DNA of 64,000 bases from Callorhinchus milii (taxonomy: Eukaryota), in contig NW_024704743.1 in NCBI RefSeq assembly GCF_018977255.1, positions 48,734,001 to 48,798,000 of the forward strand, read 5' to 3'. Positions 11,386 through 24,668 of the stretch are shown here, piece by piece. The position numbers and the translations under genes are program-made. A model generated the notes under the pieces. That model was not told where the DNA came from. It searched no databases and saw only the letters and a program-made list of their open reading frames with translations. Within the stretch, counting starts at the first letter, position 1. Each line of letters begins with the position of its first letter.

Positions 11386-11929
11386 CAGGCCTAAACTAGC
11401 TCAGCAATAAAAAAAATTGATAGCATGGCTAAGAGTTTCCAAAATCAGTGCACCAGTTTGCTGATTTCACCAAGCTATGTAGTTATGTACACTGTATTAT
11501 GCTTTCAAGTCCTTTTTCCACTGTCAAAGTTTACTTTTTATTTTCTTAGCATGATTTGCCCTTCTGTTTTGTCAGCCAGCCCATCCAACAATATCTACCC
11601 ATAAAAGTAAACAACCCTTCTTGGCACTCCTTCAACTAATTCTAATCCAACTGCAGGTCATTGCCAACAATACATATTTATTGGATACCTAGATGTTAAT
11701 AGAAATAAAAATATTGCTTTTGAATTTATGCAATGTTAGCAGTTTCACCATTTTAATTAATGCCACAAGTGTGTAAAAAGGCCAATTAAAGACATGGGGA
11801 GTCATTAAAAAGCTCCTTGGCTCCTTTAAGTCTTCAGATGTATCTTTTATTTTGCCCATGCATTACAGATTCCAAAGTTCTTGGGCAGACATGTTTCTTC
11901 AATTTTGGAGGGCTTGCTTTTGCAATAGC

Positions 11930-12250
11930 TCTGAGTAATTGCACCATGTGGTATGGCATCGCGCCACACAGATCATGAATGTTCTAGATTCAGCTCTACA
12001 TTTTGCCGAGTTAGCTTTTTCCTCTTGGAATGGTGACTGGATACTAAGTGGTTAGGGAGAAAAAGTCTGTCAGGGTTCTTGGTCCTAATCAATGTTCAAT
12101 GACTCCTGTCTACAAAGTTGCAGTTTCAGGAAAAACAATATTAGGCATATTATCCTTTATAATGTTGATTGTACTCACTGTTTAAGCTTTCACTTGGGTT
12201 GGACAGAATGCATTGTTGATTTGAAGTATGCATCACTGGGAGGAAATTGA
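11930..12250 (+). mobile_element. Ancient SINE-like repeat (family C); related pieces at about 4860-5040(-), 5960-6150(-), 21530-21730(-), 27780-27960(-), 29560-29720(+), 31530-31710(-), 38510-38660 and 38970-39150(+)
   Basis: Shared degenerate blocks (GCTCAGT..., TGTGCTGAGTTAGCTGATCTCAGC-like, CAGGGTTC..CCTGATC-like) recur across the listed loci. Confidence 0.5.
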
Positions 12251-12867
12251 GGATAGGGATGAAGGGACAAATAGAAAGATTGAAAGATTGATTACCTTCC
12301 ACCCCCCCAGGCTCGGGGCTCCTAGTCGGGTGCTATTTAAACGTAAATTGTGATTGAGGTATCTGCATAACATGGTAGGTTGGAAAGGCTTGAGTCATAT
12401 GACATGGTCTTAGGCTTTGCACTTCAAGAATGTTATGTCTAATGACAAGTCAGTTTATGGACCTCATGCTGTGTGATTTATGGTTTGGTGTGGTTTGCCC
12501 TTTCCTAGACAGAAACCACATGAAAGATCTACAGTGTATTATCCAAATATCTTAAACATGCTTTTTAAGGTGAACTATGGTCACTTCTCCCTTGCATGAT
12601 GACCAACCTCACCACTGTGCAGCGCTCTGACATTATTCTGCATGATGGGCACTGAATTGCAACTTATTTTTATATACCCCAAGATTGCTTTATAAAGTGT
12701 ATTTCTTTGATTGAGGAATTCGAAGACAACTGAATCTACTGATGTATTTAGTAACTTTAAATTCAGTCAAAAAAAATATAATTTACATAAAATAATGAAT
12801 ATGTCTTAAATTAATCTTCTTAGTGTTGCCTATTAGTGGATGTTTCCTTGTTGCCTCTTAAGAATGT

Positions 12868-13278
12868 GTGTCAGTGTGGTTCAGTGGTAGAACTCTTGCC
12901 TCTGAGTCAGAAGGTTGTGGATGCAAGACCCGGGACTTTGAAACACATAGCTCTCCAATGCAGCGCTAGGGGGTGTTGAATTGTCGGGAGCGCCATCCTT
13001 CGGATGAAACAAACGTCTGCCTGTTTAGATAGACGTTAAAAATCCCATGGTACTATTCAAAAAGAGAAAGGAGTTTCTCTGGGTGTCCTGGCCAACTATC
13101 CTGCTAACATTGGTCACTCGCTTCAGGCTGTTTGTGGGACGTTGCTGTGTACAAACTGGCTTCCATGATTCGCCAACAAAATACCCAGTTAATCCACTTT
13201 GCAGCATATCCTGTGAAGCATTTTCACACCTCTCGGTGGCATGATAAGGAGCTATATCCAAATGCAAGGATTATTATA
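12868..13278 (+). mobile_element. Old DeuSINE-type SINE (family B; tRNA head plus long Deu domain)
   Basis: GGTTCAGTGGTAG..GCCTCTGAGTCAGAAGGTTGTGG head; CTTCGGATGA..GTTAAAAATCCCATGGTACTATTC..GGTGTCCTGGCCAA Deu-like core; same tail as family A. Confidence 0.8.
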
Positions 13279-15166
13279 AAGATGTAAGTAATAGTATATC
13301 TCATAGAGGACATAGTATTAGAGCTAAACAGGCTAGAAGTCTGATCAGAAAATGTTTGTCACACAAAACTTTGTGAGAATGTGGAATGCAGTGCCCCAGA
13401 ATACAGTAGGTGCAGGGCATAGGTACTTGGCTGGATGCATCCAGAAATCTGCCCCCTCCTCCTCACTGGCTCAGAGGTCCAGCCAGCTGTGTAAACTGCT
13501 TTGATATGTCCTCAGGATATAAAAGACGCTATATAAATGTCAATTGAGCAGGATACAGCTATATCCCATTTAATTTTAGCCTAGAACCTGGTGAAAAGGG
13601 GCCCCACAGCCAATGTCACATGCAGGTTAGTGCCAAAACATTCTGGGCAGGCTATGTTTATAATACTGCATTCAATTCTGGTCACTGTGACATAAAGGGA
13701 TGGTCCACACCTTGGGGCATACAAATGGGTTGGGAACTATAGTTTCTCTGGCATCGCACTGAAGCACCAACAATGCTCTGTTTTCAGAGTCTTGATTTTT
13801 CTCCTCTCTAAAAAGGCTGTTATTTCTGAGTGACAAAATGTTGAATGCTGTACAGTACATCTGTGAAGCACATTCACTAGATCACAAGAGGGATTAGGAT
13901 AAAGAACTGCCCTATGTCCCATTTGATGTTATCCTGGAACCATATCCTTCTTTTCTGTTACATAGTCAAGATTTTTTTCCTAAAATTAGTCCATTACCCT
14001 GGCTTCTATGCTGGCAATTTTTAAAGGCATAGTTACAGTCTGTCATGAAATTTCCCTTCACAACCCACACATCAGTACTACCCTCATGCTTTACTGTATA
14101 TTAATGTACTGTTCTGGATTTACTATTTCAATCACATTTAGTATGATATGTCTCTTTCAGATCTCCTCGGAAAAATCACTTTAAGGCCATACTCAATAGT
14201 TTATTTAGTTGCTCCACTTAACCCTGGGGATCAGCCTCATTGCTCTCTTCTGATTTCCCTGATAGACTGGGAGTCCTTTGTCACAGTGAACAAAATTGAA
14301 TGCAGTAGTTTTAAACATAGCCTGCTCAGATCATTGTACTGCTTAGCATGATTCTGGAGAACTAAATTACTCTGATAATGCAATACAGTATAACGCAGAT
14401 CCAATTTGTTTTGCTTTGTTGTTTGCTATCTTGTCCTGTTTTGAGCATCGAGTAAACTTAGATGTCTTGAATCTTTCCCTTTTGGACATTCATAAATGAT
14501 CAATGGCATGAATTAAAATGTTGAGCTTCATTATACTGCACAGGATCAAAAAAAATGTCTATGGCTTTGGTATGAATGGAACATGAAAGCTGCAAGCCAC
14601 AGCATTTCTATTCCTAACTTTCTGAGAACCACTGGAATAGCTTCACTGCATGAAATGGAATTTAGGGTATTTGAGAAGCCTCAAATTTTACAAATCCCTT
14701 ATACTGAATTCCTCCACAGCTCCTTAAGGGGTACAGTAGTGTGTAATCTAAATAACCAAATGCAGATGAAGGAAGCTGGTTTCCTGATAATTGGAGGCCA
14801 TTTATGAACAATTTTTAAATATTTATCTTCCAAAACTGTGCTTTCTTTGTTTAAATTGGTCTTCTGCAGAACAGACAATAAATAGTGTTTTACAACTTTT
14901 ATGAGAACCAGCCACAATCCCTTCTAATGCAACCTACCAGAAGAATTTGGAAAGCATAAAATGAAAATTTCCACAATGTACTTTCATCTCCATCTAAATA
15001 TCCATTCCCAAGATTCCCTGCGAGTTTAGACCCTGCTATTTAAAAAAAATCACAGGGTTCAGTTATGTCTTTAATCCCAATTGCAATGGAGTATCATGTC
15101 ACTTTCCTATTTTGCCATAATACAATACAATTTACATTTATGTAGTGCCTTTCACAGCAGGAGGAT

Positions 15167-15484
15167 AATAATAATAATCCTTGCATTTGATATAGCGCTT
15201 TTCACGTCGGGAGGACGTCCCAAAGCGCTTCACAGAACACACTGTAAAGTGAATTGACTGTATATTTGTGGGTGAACGCGGCAGCCTATTGCGCACAGCA
15301 ATATCCCACAAGCAGTCGTAGATTGAAAATGACCAATTTTATTATTGTTTTTGGTTTTGGAGGGATTATTATTAGGTGTGTGGAGTAAGGAAACTTGCCC
15401 AAGGTTTCGCCCTCTGCCTGGAATTGAACTCAGGTCTCTCACTTGCAAAGCGAGTGCTCTAACCACTGAGCTACAGGACTCCAC
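15167..15484 (-). mobile_element. Young tRNA-derived SINE (family A, short subfamily)
   Basis: Full-length copy flanked by a GGAT duplication (15163-15166 and 15485-15488). Confidence 0.93.
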
Positions 15485-17281
15485 GGATGTCTCAAAATGC
15501 TGAACCTTTGGAGGGATTCTCTGGATTAGTCCAAAGAGAGAAAGTGGTGGACATGCTCAGTTGAACCTATAAAAAATGGAATGTACTTCCACACTTTAAT
15601 GATGACTCCTCGATCCTTTGGCTGAGCTAAAGTTTCCACCCAAAAGACTGACAACCAGACAAGTAGATTGGCATGAGGTGGGGGAGGGGGAGATCAATTT
15701 ACAAAAAATTATTCTCATTTTTAAAATAAGAGTGCACCAATTTACCTAAATTTCATACATTGATGGTAAACTTAAACTACAAGCAAAAACTTAAAATACA
15801 AACTCACAGGTATAGAAGCTACAACTAATTTACCATAAATATTGATCAAAGTTAGACATTGAAGAGGAAGGCTAAACTCTCAAGCTTGGAGAATTGCAGA
15901 ATTTGCAAAGTTGAACAGTAAGCTTTATTGGTGGAAAAATAATAACCTTATTTCAATATTCATTGGAGAGGATGGGAAGAGAAGCAATGAATCTATCTAC
16001 TACATCAATTAGATTGTTTTCTTTGAAATATTGGCTTGTTTGGTGTTTTATTTTGACAAGATTCATAGCAGATGGTTCTCAACTGGTATAAAAGTTGTTA
16101 GTTTATTTCTTAAAAAACAATTAACAGCTGCAAGTCACAAATTCCTTAACCTCTCCAAGTTGCAGATGTCCTACTGGTAACCAGAAGTTAATCTTTCTCA
16201 CCAATAGAGACTAGAATCTACATCTTTAGCTCTAGGCAGGGTCTGGGGTCTGGAGTCAACTGTGATGAGTTTCTGGTTACTAGCATGATTCTCTATTTGT
16301 TACATGTGATATATCAAGGAATCCCATTTAAAAAAATCAGCAAAGTAATGTTAATTTTGAAATGCTGTCTTGGAAAGTACAAAACTGATTATTAGGACCC
16401 CCTATTGAAACAAGAGTTGAGCTAGATCTTTAGATTGGCGGAGTGAATTAATGCAATTGGTGGTATCATAGATTTGTACCGTTGTGAAGCAGCCTGAAGG
16501 AACTGCTGTGATAACATCACTCCTACAAACATTTGTTTCAACATGCACTACATGTTTTCACATGTGACTAAACTCAGAATGAATATATCTGGTTATGTTT
16601 TTTGTAAAATGAAAAAGAGTTTAGCTTAATGCAGAATTTAGGATTTTCGTTGCTGACTATTTGGTTATAACTATTTGAATAATATGAAAATAACATCTTT
16701 TACTACACCTCTTTTCTGTTTCACTTTGGACTTGAATACATAAGCAGATACACTGACCAAATATTGGCCTTCGGTCATTAATATACAGAGAAAGTAAATC
16801 ACAACTGACAAAAGATTGTATAGTGATCCTAAAATGTAGTATCTGTGGTGCTTATACAGTATTTATAAAATGATTTTGTTTGGGTTGTATGATGAGGAGA
16901 TGAAAAGAAAATGCGAGGGTGAAAAGTGAACATGTGAGTGTAGTTTGCCATTTCACACTGAATGTGTAAAAATTCCTAAACTGTGTATAAAAAGATTGTT
17001 AATATATTTGTCTCACTAAGTCTTATGTTCTTGCTATCCATTTAACTTATAGTTAAATAACTCTCATAAGCACAGACAAAGTTTTGATGGAAAATGCCTG
17101 CATTTATACGTTCAGAAGTGTTCTAATTTTTATAATAATAATAATCCTTGCATTTGATATAGCATCATTTCACATCGTCAAGATATGTCAGAACACCTCA
17201 CAGTATATAGCATAAAGTTATGTGACTGTGTGCATTTTGTGAGCGAACACAGCAGTCAATTGCACACAGTAATGTCCCACA

Positions 17282-18935
17282 AACAACAACAACAAGATTA
17301 CATTTGTATAGCGTCTTTCACATTAGGAGGATGTCCCAAGGCGCTGGACAGTGTACAGAATTTCAGACCCGAGCAGGGGTCAGGGGGGATAAGGGAGGGG
17401 AGGGGAAAGGGGGTGGCCGATGGGATGGTGGAAGAGGAGGGTCTTGAGGCAGGACTTGAAGGAGGCTAAGGAGGGGGCGAGGCGGAGTGATTGGGGGATG
17501 GAATTCCAGAGGTTGGGGGCAGAGTGGCTGAAGGCTCTCCCGTCAGTGGTGGGGTGGGTGTGTCGGGGGACGTGGAGCAGGCCAGAGCCGGCTGAGCGGA
17601 GGGAGCGGGTGGGTTGATAGGAGGTTAGGAGGTTGCACAGGTAGGGTGGGACAAGGCCATGGAGGGCTTTGTAGGTGAGGACCAGGATCTTGAACTGGAT
17701 CCTCTGAAGGATAGGAAGAAGCCAATGGAGTCAGGCGAGAATGGGGGAGATGGGGTCACAGAGTTTGGTGCAGGAGAGGACACGGGCTGCAGAGTTCTGG
17801 ATTATCTGCAGCCTGTGGAGGAAGGAGTTGGGAAGGCCGACAAGCAGGGAGTTTGCATAGTCGAGCCTGGAGGTGATGAAGGTATGAACAAGAGTTTCAG
17901 TGGCCTGAGGGGTGAGGTAGTGGCAGAGTCGGGCGATGTTACGGAGGTGAGGGAAGGCAGAGCGGGTCATGACTTGAATGTGGGGAAGAAAAGGCAGTCG
18001 AGGGTCGAACAAGACACCCAGGTTCCTGACTGGCTTGGTGAGTTGAAGTGAACAACCATGGAGGTTGATGCTGCCAGAGCCTGAGGTGCTGAGGCGCTGG
18101 CGCGAGGCAATCAGGAGGGCCTCAGTCTTGTTCACATTCAACTGTAGGAAATTTGCCCTCATCCAGGACTTGATGTCCGACAGACAGTTTGTCAGGACAG
18201 CAGTGGTCCTGGAGTTGAGGGTGGAGGCAGAAAAAGAGAGTTGGGTGTCACCCGCATACATATGGAGTCCTGTAGCTCAGTGGTTAGAGCACTCGCTTTG
18301 CAAGTGAGAGACCTGAGTTCAATTCCAGGCAGAGGGCGAAACCTTGGGCAAGTTTCCTTACTCCACACAGAGCCTAATAATAATCCCTCCAAAACCAAAA
18401 ACAATAATAAAATTGGTCATTTTCAATCTACGACTGTTTGTGGGACATTGCTGTGCGCAATTGGCTGCCGCGTTCGCCCACAAATATACAGTCAATTCAC
18501 TTTACAGTGTGTTCTGTGAAGCGCTTTGGGACGTCCTCCCGACGTGAAAAGTGCTATAACAAATGCAAGGATTATTATTATTATATGGAAGTTGACCCCA
18601 TGTCTGCGGATGATGTCACCAAGTAGATATTAAAGAGGAGAGGCCCAAGGACAGAGCCCTGGGGGACACCAGACGTGACAGTGTGGGGGCTGGAGGAGAA
18701 ACTGTTAGAGGCAACAAAGTGGAGACGGTGAGAGAGATAGGAATCGAACCAGGCAAGGGCAGGTCCGCGAAGATTAAGTAAAGAGGAGAGGCGGTGTATG
18801 AGGATGGAGTGGTTGACAGTGTCAAAGGCGGCTGAGAGGTCGAGGAGGACAAGGAGGCAGAGGGAGCCCTGATCACAGATGTTCAGAATGTCATTAGTGA
18901 CTTTAACCAGGGCTGTTTCCGTGCTGTGGGCAGCC
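17282..18935 (-). mobile_element. L2 LINE ORF2 fragment with 3' end, interrupted by a SINE at 18263-18584
   Basis: [67 protein letters not shown]; 3' tail and (CAA)n at about 17282. Confidence 0.95.
18263..18584 (+). mobile_element. Young tRNA-derived SINE (family A, short subfamily) nested in L2
   Basis: Full-length copy with ATATGGA duplicated at 18260-18266 and 18583-18589. Confidence 0.95.
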
Positions 18936-18939
18936 ATGG

Positions 18940-19180
18940 AGTGAGTGACTAATTTTATTTGGGGGATTGTTGACCAGGGCCTGGGAGAAACTCCTTTCTC
19001 TTTTCGAATTGCACTATAAGATCCTTAATGTCTCCTTGAACAAGCAGATGGGCTTTGGGTTAATGTCTTAATGAAGGACAGCACCTTTGACAATGCAGCA
19101 CATCCCCAGCAATGCATTAGAGTATAAGCTTAGACTATTTGGGTTCCAACTCCAAATGTGGGGTATAAACCCACAACAGG
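18940..19180 (-). mobile_element. DeuSINE-type SINE fragment (family B); probably continues at about 17130-17285 across the L2 insertion
   Basis: Deu core in reverse directly after the L2 5' break. The matching 3' tail portion lies just left of the L2 3' end. Confidence 0.6.
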
Positions 19181-20603
19181 GCCAAGATGAGTAAATCTCC
19201 CCATAAGTAGACTTTTGAAATTATATTATTAAATCATATACATTATCAAGTGTGTCACAATGCTATCACGGGAAACTAAATGGTGTTTTTGAGCTGACCA
19301 TTCATAAATAGAGGAGAATAGCTTCCAACTTGTTGGGGAAATGACAATTCCCTGTAAATGGTCCTTTTAAAATGAGCTTTGAATAATAATTTGGTGTTGT
19401 GTGTGAGATGGGGGCGCGGGAGGGGTGAAGAAACAGAGGGAGATCAGAAGCTACTGAACTTGAAAACCTAAAGAAGGTAGATTAACTGTGAAGCAGCTAT
19501 GTCCTATTTTGGGCATTCCATCATAGGAAGGATCTTGAGGCCAAAGGAGATAAACATGACTGTTTGTGGGATACAAATTGGCTGCACATTTCACCCACAA
19601 AATACACAGTCACTACACTTCACAGAATATTCGTTGAAGCGCTTTGAGACGTCTCAACCATGTGATAAGGCACAATATCAAATGCAAGGATTATTATTAT
19701 TATTCTCAGTACTCTTACATTGTGTCTGTGGTGTTTTCCAGAAGCAGGAGTTTTAACTAGTTCCAGTTGGTAGTGGTGGAAAGTTAGGAATAAACAATAT
19801 TAAAGAAAGCTTTTCCCAGCCTGTGATTACCCAGAGACGAGGATATTTGAGATGTGGGAGCTATGCAGCGGAGTGGCAGTGAGGGATGGTGTGGCAGATG
19901 TGTTGGATGTACCCGCCTGGAATGGGTGGGAGGGGGCATTGCAGTCTTACAGAAGCTGAGTCATGGCTGAACATATCTGCTTTACCACTTGATTTACAGT
20001 CAATACAGCAAAAAGGACAATTTGCGTTGTCAGTATCACTTTGTATCATCATCTGTTTAAAAAATGTACGCTTTTTTTTCACAAGGACTCACCAACATAA
20101 ATAATGGGTTTCTTATCAAGTCACAATGCTCAAAAAGTTAATAATCCAGAATAAATAACTTCAGTTTTATTTTCTGATTTATCCTTTTCCTTGCTCTCAT
20201 GGTTCCTTCTACTGTACTAATACTGTTACCAGTTGCATCAGACATTTCTACATATCTGTTCCACTGAAAGCGTGACCTAATAGATTTTATTATATCTGAG
20301 AACATCCAGAAGTACAATGTTCTGTTCAGTTTTGCAGTGATATCTTAGACGTTAGCAAATAGCTCAAATTTTATTCTCTCCTGAAAGCTCAAACTCTCCC
20401 TGCAGAGTGATTGCATGCTGGGCTGCACCTTTCCTCTGTATCAATTGGCATTTTCACCAGTGAGTCCAGCTATTGGGGTCTAGTCTGAAACCAAATACAC
20501 AGTCACTACACTTCACAGTGGATTAGTTTTAGATGTTTTAACAATGTGTTAATGTACTGTATCAAATGCAAGGAGGAACTTTAATCTTGTATTTTAGCAT
20601 TTT

Positions 20604-20946
20604 AGTGGTTAGAGCACTCGCCTCGCAAGCTGGGTTCGATTCCCAGGCAGGGTGAAACGTTAAGCAAGTTTTCTTACTCCACACACCTCTGTTTACCTAG
20701 AGGTATGTAGGAGCCCAGTTACTAGTCGATTGGCGGATCGCTTTTCTGGGGGTAATAATCCCTTTTAAAAAAAATGTGGTCACTCAATCCATGACTGTTT
20801 GTGGGACACTGCTGTACGCAGTTGGCTGCCAGGTTTCACCCAGAAGATATGCAGTCAATTCACATTATAGTTTATTCTGTGAAGCGCTTTGAGACATTTC
20901 GAAGACGTTATAAGACGCTATATCAAATGCAAAGATTATTATTATT
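20604..20946 (+). mobile_element. tRNA-derived SINE (family A, long subfamily), 5'-truncated
   Basis: Same head and tail as family A plus an internal CTGTTTACCTAG..AGTCGATTGGCGGAT..GGGG segment. Confidence 0.88.
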
Positions 20947-21170
20947 TTCAAATTAGATTTGTTGATAATTTTCTTTCAGTTCTGTTTGCAAATACTGTAT
21001 CACATTGCAAGATTCCAGGCCAGCAATTTGTGTTTTTTTTAAATTTGTGAATTTTGTTGTGATTCTCACCATCTGATATTTGCAAACTGAAAATCGCAGT
21101 TATTACTACAAATCCAGTAAAGGACTATGACAAATTAGACTCTCAGTGTGGGGAGCAGCCCAAAAGACAA

Positions 21171-21475
21171 ATAATAATCCTTGCATTTGATATAGTGCTT
21201 TTCACGTCGGGAGGACATCCCAAAGCGCTTCACAGAATATACTGTAAAGTGAATTGACTGTATATTTGTGGGCGAACGCGGCAGCCAATTGCGCACAGCA
21301 ATGTCCCACAAACAGTCGTAGATTGAAAATGACCAATTTATTATTGTTTTTGTTTTTTGGAGGGATTATTATTAGGCGTGTGGAGTAAGGAAACTTGCCC
21401 AAGGTTTCACCCTCCCTGGAATTGATCTCAGGTCTCTCACTTGCAAAGCGAGTGCTCTAACCACTGAGCTACAGG
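21171..21475 (-). mobile_element. Young tRNA-derived SINE (family A, short subfamily)
   Basis: Near-identical to the other copies; lacks the first few 5' bases. Confidence 0.93.
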
Positions 21476-21949
21476 AAGAGGAGGGGGTAGCAAAAGAGAG
21501 AGAGATTGAAGAGAAACATCATAACCAAACCAAAACTCTCCTTACCCAATATCCAAATACACATACACTTCTAGCGAGAATCAAAGGATCTCAAAGATTT
21601 AGCCTGATTCCCCTCCACCCATTCCTAGCCAAATGACATTGAGATCAGTTATAGAGATCAGCTACTTCATTGACCAGCAATCAAATCTTTTTGACCTACT
21701 GCTGCTGTTTTTCATGCCCACCAAGTTCTCCAAATATTCTTTGTACAAATGATTTTGAAATTAAAATTTTGAATTGAAAACATTACACAAACGTTCACCC
21801 CTACAACAACCATTTACATTTATATAGTGCCTTTCACATCAGGAGGATGTCTCAGAGCATTCTCTAGGTCATAGTATTATTATGAATTGGTGAGACAATT
21901 CATTTTAGTGGGAGATGAAGTGTTTTCTGAATGCAAAGGAAGAAAGAAG

Positions 21950-22545
21950 TGGAATAATAGAAGGGACCTTATCAAAGAATTTAAGATTTTAAATTGGATT
22001 GAGAAAGTAAACTCACAATAATACTTGAATACACTGAGACAGTAGAACAAGAGGACACAGGTTTAGGATTGCTAAGAACAATTTCAATTTGTGGAGTCCT
22101 GTAGCTCAGTGGTTAGAGCACTCGCTTTGCAAGTGAGAGACCTGAGTTCAATTCCAGGCAGAGGGCGAAACCTTGGGCAAGTTTCCTTACTCCACACACC
22201 TAATAATAATAATCCCTCCAAAAAATAATAATAAATTGGTCATTTTCAATCCATGACTGTTTGTGGGACATTGCTGTGCGCAATTGGCTGCCGCGTTCGC
22301 CCACAAACATACAGTCAATTCACTTTACAGTGTGTTCTGTGAAGCGCTTTGGGACGTCCTCCTGACGTGAAAAGCACTATATCAAATGGAAGGATTATTA
22401 TTATTATTATTATTATTCAAGCCAGAAATAATTGTTTATCCAGGGGCTGAATAATGCCTAAAACAGGTTTCCATGAAGGGTGGCTAAGCCCTGGGTGCTG
22501 GAGTCATTCAAAAAAAAGCTTGATTATATGATAGGAAGACATTAG
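21950..22545 (+). mobile_element. Decayed CR1 3' fragment interrupted by the SINE at 22091
   Basis: GGGACCTTATCAAAGAATTTAAGATT.., AGAACAAGAGGACACAGGTTTA.., TCATTCAAAAAAAAGCTTGAT resemble the CR1 ORF2 C-terminus. Confidence 0.5.
22091..22416 (+). mobile_element. Young tRNA-derived SINE (family A, short subfamily)
   Basis: GTGGAGTCCTGTAGCTCAGTGG start and (TTA)n end; sits inside a decayed CR1 3' fragment. Confidence 0.93.
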
Positions 22546-23197
22546 GGTTGCTCAAGCACTCTGAGATGGTACCATGTGTGAGGGGTACTATATAAATGCA
22601 AGTTGTTATTGGATCTTCTGGAAGGATGGGATCAAATGAGCTGAATGATATAATTAAGAGCCCTGTTCGCTCTGGTCCAAAGCTTCTCCCAACATTTATA
22701 TCACAGGGAATGATTCACACTGAGAATAAACACCAGTTAGTGTTTCTGTCTCATTATTGCCATCTACAGGTCAGACAGTGCTTGAGCTCCTGTTTTGCAG
22801 CTCTGAAAACAGACATTTCCTGCTACAGGAAAGCAGTTTTGTGATGGTACAACTAAATAAGTTGTTCTGTCAATGTTTATATCCAGATCATATAGTTGGT
22901 AATAAGTGACCATGCACTATATTGAGCTCTAAATTATTAAATTAAAAATAATGTTTTTTTATTGCTCGACTCTTCCTCCAGTGGGGTAGACGGGAATTAT
23001 CTCCCAAACCTGATCATATCCTTATCAATATGTCAGTCTGGCTCTGTCAGACGCATTCTCGTCTCTGAGCTTGTTGTAAGTTGTCAAGTCCCACAATGAG
23101 TTTTGAGCTCGTAACCCAGGGTGATGATAGTCGAATCAGCTCCAGTTAACCCTGCAAGCCAAAGCCCCAGATGTATAGGGTGGTCCAAACTGGACAA

Positions 23198-23520
23198 ACA
23201 ATACAATACAATGTTACATTTACGGTATATAGTGCCTTTCACGTTGGGAGGATGTCACAAGGCGTTTCGCAGTGCTGGATGGGTACCCGAGCTTGGGCTG
23301 AGATCTGATGGGAATGGGGAGGAGAAAGATGACTCAAAACCCCTGATTGTTCAGCGCCCTGGGACGCCTTTCCAATGTGAAGGGGGCTACACAAATATCA
23401 TTTATTGTTGTGATTGAAAGAGATACATTTTGAGAGATGCCTGAAAGAGGGGAGGGAGGAAACGAGTTGGAAGCATGGAATTCCAGAAGCGGGGACAGAA
23501 TGTCTGAAAGCCCGCCTGCT
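23198..23520 (-). mobile_element. Rearranged L2 3' fragments
   Basis: Reverse L2 tail at about 23200-23270, forward tail-like piece at about 23350-23410 and an L2 ORF2 terminal piece at about 23415-23520. Confidence 0.55.
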
Positions 23521-24062
23521 GTACAGTAAAATGCTGTGAAGCACTTTGAGACATCTTTCTGACATGAAAGGTGCTGTATCAAATGCAGGATTTTTTTTCA
23601 TTTCCCCATTACTCCACTAGGAAAATCCAGCCTGCAATCCAATCATTGCTATTTGAATAATGAATTTCTTAAGTTGCGGCTGTGAAAGAGACAATGATCC
23701 TGGGTTTAAAATACTTGCTGGGAATCATGTGAGCTGGGTTGGATTCTTTGTCATTGTGAGGGCATGTTTATTGCACTATTATTTTAAGCTGATTTAATTG
23801 AGGGATTGTTGAGTGCTGTGAAATGCAGATTCAACCAGAAATTGTGCCTATTGTCTGGAAGCATATATTTAAATTGAATCTATACACGTCCATCTCAACT
23901 TTTATACTGTAATATTTAGCAACTATTTGCTAACCTGGAATAGAAACTCTACCAAACGTGTTTGATTAAAATTTGCCCTCAGAGTATTTTTAAAATATTC
24001 TTATTATATATTCCAGACCCGGTGAATTTTGATTTAGAAATAAATATTTTTACAGTGCCAGA

Positions 24063-24450
24063 TATCAGCCTGGCTCAGCTGGTAGCACTCTCACCTCTGA
24101 GACAGAAGGTTATGGGTTTGAGCCCGATATCGGGACTTGGAACTCATACAGTCGAGGCTGACTCTCCAGTGCAGTGCTCGGGGTGTCCTGCATTGTTAGA
24201 GGTGTTGTCATTTGGATGAGATGTTAAATTGAGGTTCTGTCTACCTGTTCAGGTGGACTTTAAAGATCCCATAGTACAATTCGAAAAGAGGTGAGTTTCT
24301 CCCCAAGTCCTGGCCAAACAATCCCCCAAATAAAACTTAATTCACGGCTAGAAAATGCACAATCACTACACTTTGCAATAAATCCTGTGAAGCACTTTGA
24401 GAAATCTCGACAACATGATAAGGCTCTGTATCAAATGCAACAATTATTAT
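24063..24450 (+). mobile_element. Old DeuSINE-type SINE (family B)
   Basis: Collinear with the 12868 copy. Confidence 0.8.
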
Positions 24451-24649
24451 TGTTCTTTTTTTCACATTCAGTTTTATTTTTTTCGTCCTGTTTTCATTCC
24501 ATTTTCCTCTCAGTTAATCACTTCCACCCAGTTCTGCTCAGATTTATAACCCTCTCCTCCCCCCTCCTCCTCCTATGACACAAGAGTACTGCCACCCCTC
24601 CCCCTTCTCTCTCCTCTCTCCTTAACATGGGAACACTTGTATCACTGAA

Positions 24650-24668
24650 GAGTGCCATCTAGTGATCA
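24650..24668 (-). promoter_or_regulatory. CTCF-like motif
   Basis: Minus strand GATCACTAGATGGCACT versus CCACTAGATGGCAC. Confidence 0.45.

Noticed and set aside
18263..18335. tRNA-like sequence with TGC at the anticodon position (and in sister copies)
   Set aside because: These are SINE heads fused to a Deu-like core and L2 tail; there is no proper acceptor stem or terminator.
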